Assembly (NCBI GenBank): GCA_037447605.1
Contig: CM074808.1
Location: forward strand, 2,852,001 to 2,916,000
Direction of reading: 5' to 3'
Source: Zygnema circumcarinatum SAG 698-1b
Taxonomy: Eukaryota; Plantae; Zygnematophyceae
Length of the DNA: 64,000 bases
Shown here: in pieces, positions 56,674 through 64,000 of the stretch
Numbering within the stretch: position 1 is the first letter of the stretch
Layout: the number at the start of each line of letters is the position of its first letter
The notes under the pieces: generated by a model
Databases searched by the model: none
What the model saw: the letters and a program-made list of their open reading frames with translations, nothing else
Told to the model about the DNA's origin: nothing
Made by a program: the position numbers and the translations under genes

Positions 56674-57873
56674 GATTTTTTTGGCATTGTACACAATCGG
56701 CAATATTTTGCTGACATGTCTAGATTATTGAGATGGTCAGCGATTGGTCAGAGGTGTCCATTGAGTGCCTGCTAAAGTGCAGGCTGTTGCCGGAAATGCG
56801 GCATCTTAGATTCATCATATTGTTGTAGAGGAAGGTAGCAGAGCATCTGAGCTCAGATCTTTGGTAGTTGTGACCATGCTAGGAAATAGAACTATGTTAT
56901 CAAAAAGCTAAAACTTTTTGTCATGTAACCAGTCTCTCGTCAATCATTTATATCCAAAGTCTTGTGAAGGCTTCCGTTCAAACCCTGCAGAATTGTTGGC
57001 CTGAGTGGATAATCGTGATACCTTTGTAGAACTGTTCCGTATTTTGGAAGCGAGGCAAGAAAACATGCTCACTTGTACAGTTTTTTAAGATGTTCAAAAG
57101 GACTCGCATGCTCGTTTACTGTCTACTCTTGTGTTGCTCCGCAGGCTGATGTTATGTCGTGACTCGCTGATGTTCACCGAAAGATGTCCTGTAAGGCGTT
57201 TAGGTCCACCTTTCTTTCCACACTGTGATCCAAACCTCCATCGCAATGGTCGGTCATATCAGGTGTCATACTTGGTCGAGATCTCATACTTGGCATAATG
57301 TAAAATGCGCAACATCACAGAATGTGAGCTATCTACAGGAGGGTATAGCACAAGTACAGTGCATCCTGTATGATTGGCTGTTCTGCGCTGGTCTACACTG
57401 CCAGCCATGCTTCTTCTTTGGATCCCTCAACAGGTCAAAGAAACGGAAAAACGAATAAATCAAACATCCCTTACAATGCAAGATACTTCACGGGAAAACA
57501 ACAACTGTTTCCTGTTTAAAAGCGTTTTATGTTGAAACAAAGCGGGAAAATGGTGTGCTTGGCACCAGGACGTGCGAACAACCTCATTGAGCAGCTTACA
57601 TTATTTTCTTCCATGGCAAAAGAGTAGCTAGTGAACAGTCTAATCTTTCGTAGAGGTTGCGAGAGTTCCAATTCAAGAAGGTTCTTAAAAACTTGGATGG
57701 GCGAAACTAGCCCTACACTGTGCTGTCTACTTTGCCCTTCATTCCCTTTCAGACGAAGTAATGGATTGCCTACTTTGCTCATTATACACAAATATCTACA
57801 GGAAGCATGCAACAGGAAGTAGAAAATGGTAATTGGGAGGAAACGAGAGACAAAGGGAACAACAAAAGCACCC

Positions 57874-60800
57874 CTATCCACTGTCCTTGCCTCCCTGTAC
57901 TATCTTGTGAAGACGAAAGACCTCCCCCTGCCCTCCATCCAAAGCACGCTTTTCCATGTGGCAGAGTGTGAGCTGCTTCAAGAGTCTTTCCAGCACGGAC
58001 TGCGGCACCTCCTTTCCGGGCGAGACTGTGGCGAGCACCGCTGCGTTCACATGGTCAGCCACGAGCTCCCGCTGGCCAGGGCCCAGCAGATATCCAACAG
58101 GAGAATCTTCCGGGCTCTCATACGCCACTAAGGCCAGACACTCCTGCAAGAGTGCGCCTCCATCACCGGCAGAGATAAGGCGGGGGCAGAGGTAAGGAAG
58201 GATCCCAGCAAGCAAAGACATTAACCATTAGGGATTTCTCAGATTCTGGCAATAAAATGGAATGCTGGCAACCAAAAAGTTGAAAACGTTGTTGACAAAC
58301 TCATAGGGCTAAATTTGCACGGTAGAGAACGACACGTTGCTGAAGACAACCTGAAGGTGAAAGTCCTGTGATTCGGAGCATCCTCGAAAACGAGAAAGCA
58401 TTGTCCGCGCGTACAGCACTGCTGTATCCACAGATCCTGCCTGTTGAACGCCCCCCAGAAGCAGGCCATGCAGAAAAGTATGAGCGAACCCTTTGACATT
58501 CATCTTTCTCGTCTCTGCATGAATCCAACCGTTCAAGGGGAGTAAAGGACGGAAGGGAAAGCATGGCGTCATCAAATGCTTACCTTCACAACTTGAATTA
58601 TTCCCGAGAGTCATAAAGAAACTATCTATAGGGGAGGGATGTCATAAGTTTCCTTGGAGGGATAGAAGTGGTCACCTTAACTGTCTCAATGAATTTTTGA
58701 GTGCTCAGCAAGAAGTTCACTGTCGACTTCTCCTCCTACCACAATGTATTCTCCCCTTCCCTCTTTGTCAGCACAATGTACAAAAACGTCCCTGAGCGTG
58801 GCCAACCAAGAAGTGCATCCTGCAACCAAATCTCACTCAAGAACTTTGCACTTTAAAAGCATTTCCATTTTTAAGTTTGGCTTTCTCTTTCCTCTTTCTG
58901 AGATTGGAAGCTCAACATCTGATGATGAATAGGAACATGTGTTTACCTACTGAAGTAATTCAGCAAAATACAAAGAGCTTCTTCTGTTCGAGCCAAGAAG
59001 GTGATTCCAAACACTTAGTACAGGATAGCCGCAGGAGCTTTAGCATTGAAACAGGGTACAGCTACAAAAAAAAGCAACTGGCAAACGCCAAGCTATGTTT
59101 TCTCTTACATGTGAGGAATGTAAGCAGCTCTGGGGCAGTCTCACCTGCAAAATCTGAGGGTAACATTCCTCAACTTTCTTGATGGCGTCATCTATATTTC
59201 CACTCCTCACCAACTGCAAAACGACGAAAATGTAACTTGAAAATTCTGAGTTTCTGAACGCAATCTTCGCATCACGGTGCTAAATTTAGAAACGACAAGA
59301 TAGAAGAAATTGAATTCCTGCACTAGGACCTTATAGCCTTCTGTACATACCATTGCCTTATGAGCCCTATTCAGGTCCAAAAAGGGATATGCTGGAATGC
59401 TGGTCATCATTATTACATTATGCTCAGGTCCAGTCCATGAGACTGCAGAGGATGAGACCTCAAATTTATTAACTAATTTCATAAGAAAACGAACAAGCTC
59501 AATAGCCAGCGCTTAGTATGTAAACCACGTCTTGTCTGCCCGTTTCCAAATGGAAAATATATGCTCCGGTCTTTAGACAAAGTTCTACTTCAGACATCTA
59601 GGACTACAGGAGTGCATTGCCCACTTACTTGTCTCAGGACCTTTCTATTTTCAAGAGCGTATGCCATCTGATGAGGCGAAGAGCAATGTCCATTCTGTTC
59701 AGGCCATGGAGTTGATTCCGTGACGCCATTGGCAGCATCAAATGCTGCAAGCGTGTCCTGATACCCGTAATACAAAAGATACGATCGCACAATGCTGGGT
59801 CCACCATGTTCCCCCAACACCTTGAATAAGACTACACGTGACATCAAAAAGAGGCTGCTCATCAAACGTTCCAGCTTATTACTAATAATAACAATAGCAG
59901 ACGAAGTCAAAAAATGGATAAGGCGATCCTCTTCCAGAACGATAAGAAGTGCACTAATTTCGGGCTGCAAATGAAGGGTTTGATGAAAGCTGAGAGCGCG
60001 GGCAAACCTGTGGCTGACACTCAGTGGGAGGACAATGCTCTCAATCTGCCGATGTCTGCGGTCTCTCTCTTCTTGTACCATAGCCTGCCACGTTTGTGCA
60101 ACCACGAACGTTCAGACAAGATACGTTTCCTCCCATCACTTTGACAATCCACGCTATGAAGAATGGCAGAGTGACAAGGACAGGCCTACGTTTCCTGACT
60201 CTATTGCTCATTAGCCTCCCTAGAATAGGATAACGAGACTAAGAAAACACAATACGCGTAGAACAAAGGAGACTATCACCTTCCCGAGTCATTGATGATT
60301 CTTGAAGTCACATAAAGCAGCTAAAGCACAAGGGAATAGACACTTCAGGATTCTCAAATCCCGTGATAAAGAAAGAAGGAAAACGGTAGTGGCAGAATGC
60401 AGATCCACACACCTCAATGTCAAACAGAAATGGTCGTTGTCCAAAGTTGACCTCGACTCTGGCAACCCTCCCACCATCCTCGCCTTTAGGTCAGCATGTA
60501 GGACATCTCATATGGGGCTTTGAAGGATATTGCGGAATAAATAATGAAGAGGTAAACCAGTATGATCGGCAATGACCTTGAGCAACGTGCACAGAAGCAA
60601 CTTCTTCAGAGGCATCTAATATGAAACCTAGTAGCAAGCCTACATACCTCTCGTTTGGGCTATGTAGTCCAATTGTCGGAAACAACTCTCCCTTCACATC
60701 CTTGCATGCTGTTCCCAAAAACTTTCCATTTTTTCTGTTTCCACGAACCCTTTTCAGAGATTTAGGTCCAGAAAAACCGAATCTGGGCTCAATGATACAT

Positions 60801-61925
60801 ACTCGTGTCAAGGAACAAACGAGACCATCAGAGTACAAAATTGGAGTTATCGTCTCAACACCGCCACTTGAAATGAATGTAGCAAGTTGAAAAGACAATA
60901 CTACGATTCATGTACAGGGCTGCTGAGCCGGGCAGAGAGATTGACAAAACTTGTCAGTAATTACAACAACGCTCTTCTCTCTTTTGTGTGACCAACGTTA
61001 TCACGTGTGTGACACGAGTGAATGCGGCAAAGGGTTCAAAATGCAAAAAGCCTTTTGTAGTGTAGAAAAAAAAAATTACGTGAAGAACATCTCTTGTGTA
61101 GAAAAGTTTATCCCGGCTCCAACAATGTCATTTGTTGTAAATGTAGAGCCATACGCCTCGCCACGTCCATGTGCATTGTAGAATTTCCCATCATCTCCAT
61201 GATAGCCATAGCTGTTGTTCTCCCACCTGCGCACATGTTCCACGATACGATTCCTCATGCCTGTTATTCAAAATTTAAAAAGTACAGTATAGCTTCATCG
61301 TGCCCTCGTTCGATTTCGTGCATCGTGGAAGTACAAGAGCACAAAGCACTGCCAATTTTCGACTTTACCTCGTTTCTTTCCTGCTATGCAACAAACTCGG
61401 AAATTGCGCATCAAATGATGTGCAAGGCATGTTTAAGAGCATTATGTAGTCCAGTTTGCGACTGCTGACGAAATTGTGAAAGCTGGTTAGAGGACAATTA
61501 ATAATGGCGCAGGAACGGGACCCTTTAGCGATAGAATTCGCAAAGTGCAACGTGCTTAATTAAATAAACTCGGAAGCGTCTTTTCATCTGAAGGCGAATG
61601 CAAGAACTGTGCATGAGCAACAATTCAAAGATCAGTAGCGTTAGACTTACCCAGGCTGCCTGCTCATCTTAAAGTGCTTGTCTGTGAAGCCAATAGCAAT
61701 CTTTCCATCCTTCCCACGATCCTTGATAGAGATTTCGTAGTAATATAGCAGCCGCTGATTAGGGACGGGATGATTTCCTTGAATGGAACCAACATCATTC
61801 GTATGATTTCCATTTCCAGTGTACTTCACGCTGAGCTTATCCTTGCTCACATCCAGAAACTGCCCACAATTCTTCGTGTTCAACTCGGACGGGAGGACCT
61901 CCTCGGTCTCCTCCTCCACATCCAT
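57874..61925 (-). CDS. RanBPM: RanBPM / GID1-type CTLH complex scaffold (SPRY-LisH-CTLH-CRA)
   Basis: SPRY: DKLSVKYTGNG...YYYEISI...QPGWENNSYGYHGDDG...GSTFTTNDIVGAGINF...LFPTIGLHSPNE.VEVNFGQRPF; LisH: IVRSYLLYYGYQDT; CRA: ALVAYESPEDSPVGYLLGPGQRELVADHVNAAVL. Confidence 0.93.
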
Positions 61926-62308
61926 AGCCTCCGCGAAGACTGGAGAGCGCGCCAGCGTGCAAACTCTTTCTCTCTGCCCCCAGAGCGCGATGCTTGCAGC
62001 GAGCGTGGATGCAGAAGGAGAAAGTTAGCCTCTCGAGGAGAGCAGCGTTCTCGCCAGCAGTGATTTGAAGCGCTTACAATCAAATTTCCCCTTGCAGGCC
62101 CGGCAGCCAGGCCTTGCAGCTGCTGCTGGGCAGGGCAGACGGGCGCTGCCGTCAATCATCCCCCGCCCCCTGGCGAGCCATACTGCGACCATCAGCCAAT
62201 GAGAATACGCCAAGTAGGCATAACTGTCAACGTGGCGCATCCTCATTGGGACATGCCAAGTCAGACGCTCGCTCTACCCCTAGAGCCCGTGGGACCTTGG
62301 GAACAATG

Positions 62309-62735
62309 TGGGATCCCATGGGTACCAATGGTTGCAACCAATGGGTAGGCGGACCCAACCAACTAGTGGCAATGGTTGAGAACCACTGCCAATGATTGTA
62401 ACCATTGCATGGAGTATGCAGCCAGCCATCGCCAGTGGTTTCCAGCATTCGTTGTTGTTGATTGCCATGTATTGCTTAAACTTTGAACCCGTGGATTCAA
62501 CGGTTGCCAACCATTGCCAATGGCTCAAACCATTGGTTGGGGAACTTGGTCAAGCATTGTAGGAATTGCTTTTACATTTGCCCAAAAGATCGTATGAGTG
62601 GTGTGATTAAGGAGTTTCATGCCCACTGTACGTCGGATTGAAACGTGGTTCAGATTTCCCATCGGCAATCGTGGTCCGATGGTTGCCAACCATTGACCAG
62701 GGCTGACCAACCCCAATGGTTGTCAAACATTGCTT
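62309..62735. repeat. Region of dispersed CCAATGGTTG / CAACCATTG motifs in both orientations, with short palindromes
   Basis: TGGGATCCCA, CCCATGGG, TGGTTGCAACCA, GGTTGCCAACCATTG (twice: ~62502 and ~62681), CAATGGTTG repeated. Confidence 0.6.
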
Positions 62736-62790
62736 GGGCATGAGCCAAATATTAATATCGTAAATAATAAATTGGATGAAAAAAATAGTT

Positions 62791-62911
62791 GTGGTGCGAT
62801 CATACCTAGGCTATTACGCCGGATCCCATCAGAACTCCGCATCTAAGCGTCTGTGGGCTGGAATAGTACTGGGATGGGTAACCTCCCGGGAAGTCCCGGT
62901 GTCGCACCCAC
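62791..62911 (+). rRNA. 5S rRNA gene, single copy in the window
   Basis: GGTGCGATCATACC...CCGGATCCCATCAGAACTCCG...TAAGCG...TAGTACTGGGATGGGTAACCTCCCGGGAAGTCC...TCGCACC. Helices pair; AT-rich element at about -30 (62761-62770); T-runs follow. Ends are accurate to about 2 nt. Confidence 0.93.
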
Positions 62912-62924
62912 TTTTAGAATTTTT
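62912..62924 (+). terminator. RNA polymerase III oligo-T terminator
   Basis: TTTT at 62912-62915 and TTTTT at 62920-62924, directly after the 5S gene. Confidence 0.75.
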
Positions 62925-64000
62925 GGCTTTGGTTTTTGCATTTCTAACACTAACAATTCCATTGTCCCAACGTTTCCTTTCAAGTCGCGCCCACAATTGA
63001 AATTTGATGACAACTTAGTTCACTTCGGTGTCCATGTCTAATGGGACGAGCAAGCATCACAAAGCCTAAGCGTGTTGCATCCGTTGCACAACAAATGCGC
63101 AACACTAGTATCCAAACAACATTGGCAAAAGCAAAACAAAGTCACAAGCCCCGAGCTTGCGGACGCGTCATTTAAATTGTTCAATTTGAACAAGTTCGGG
63201 TCAAGCGAACAACTTCCAAAGGCAGTTGTAGTGGTGGCAGCTGTCCGCCTAAAAAAAAGGGCCACCCGCAAGCGGCCATGGACTCCGAGTCTCCGACACA
63301 ACTGAAACCGCAACCGCAACCGCAACCGCAACCAATCTGGGCCTAGGGATGGCCTCACGCGCGAATATGGTTTGAAATTAATTTAAAAATAATATAAATT
63401 TTAGGCCCATCCCTCTCTCGGCCTTGCGCCTTGCCCTAGCGACCTTTTGGCCTTCTGTACGGATAGCAGCCGCGAGGGATAGTCCGTACTGTACGAAAAG
63501 CAAATGGGAGGCACCCTGGACCTCTGCGGGCCGGTTTGTCGGCGTCGTTGCAGCTCGCGCTGCAAGTTGCAGGAGAGGAAAGGGTGGGGGGGGGGAAACC
63601 TGCTTCCTGCTCAGATGTTTTCTGCGGGAGTTGCCGTCATATGTTGCATCAAATCGTCACATGCCGTATCAAATTAATTCATTTCGTCCTAGCAGTAATT
63701 TATTCTATTCGATACAGAAGATGTCATTCCTTGGTTGATTTCCGTTTTTTCCACAATGGCGAACATGCTGAACGACTGAGCTGAACACACGGGCTGGTAG
63801 GGAGTCTTCGCCTCTGCATGGCATTGGAATTCAAAATGTGGACGGTAAAGTTCGTGGAGAAAGTACGGGTGCTAAATTCTGTAAATTATTTAAATCCATG
63901 CGGGAGCAGCTTGTTCAAGTTAAGATCGCCATAAAGTGGATTCTGTAATGAGCTCGTGCACGGTCTTCCCTGTATTCGTTCCGTCATCTATGATTTCTTT

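Noticed and set aside
55759-56703. 314-aa minus-strand ORF
   Set aside because: Antisense shadow of the ATPD coding sequence.

Overview
Eukaryotic nuclear DNA, gene-dense and intron-rich (all junctions I traced are GT-AG), from a green plant. The gene set (CPR5, lambda GST, Rubisco-activase-like, plastid ATP synthase delta, VHL-like) and the intron style suggest a non-seed streptophyte, probably a charophyte alga; this is inference. Manual exon assembly gives 13 protein genes: VHL-like (+), TAF5 (-), lambda GST (+), CPR5-like (-), YKT6 (-), mS37/CHCHD1-like (-), TOPORS-like RING (+), Rubisco-activase-like AAA+ (-), RCC1-repeat protein (+), FUSC/AaeB-like transporter (-), aspartylglucosaminidase (+), ATPD (+, intronless) and RanBPM (-). 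Four pairs are head-to-head. Non-coding features are a solitary, structurally intact 5S rRNA gene, a 21-copy 36-bp array carrying MSA and G-box motifs, an ~855-bp (CT)n tract, a TCACG/TCATG microsatellite, a MITE-like inverted repeat upstream of ATPD and an orphan AMSH-like last exon. Best leads: (1) a VHL-like protein retaining the hydroxyproline-pocket residues; (2) a 10-nt microexon next to the giant GA tract; (3) the AMSH fragment and 36-bp array island; (4) the dispersed 5S gene in palindrome-rich flanks. All homology calls are from recalled family motifs, not database searches.
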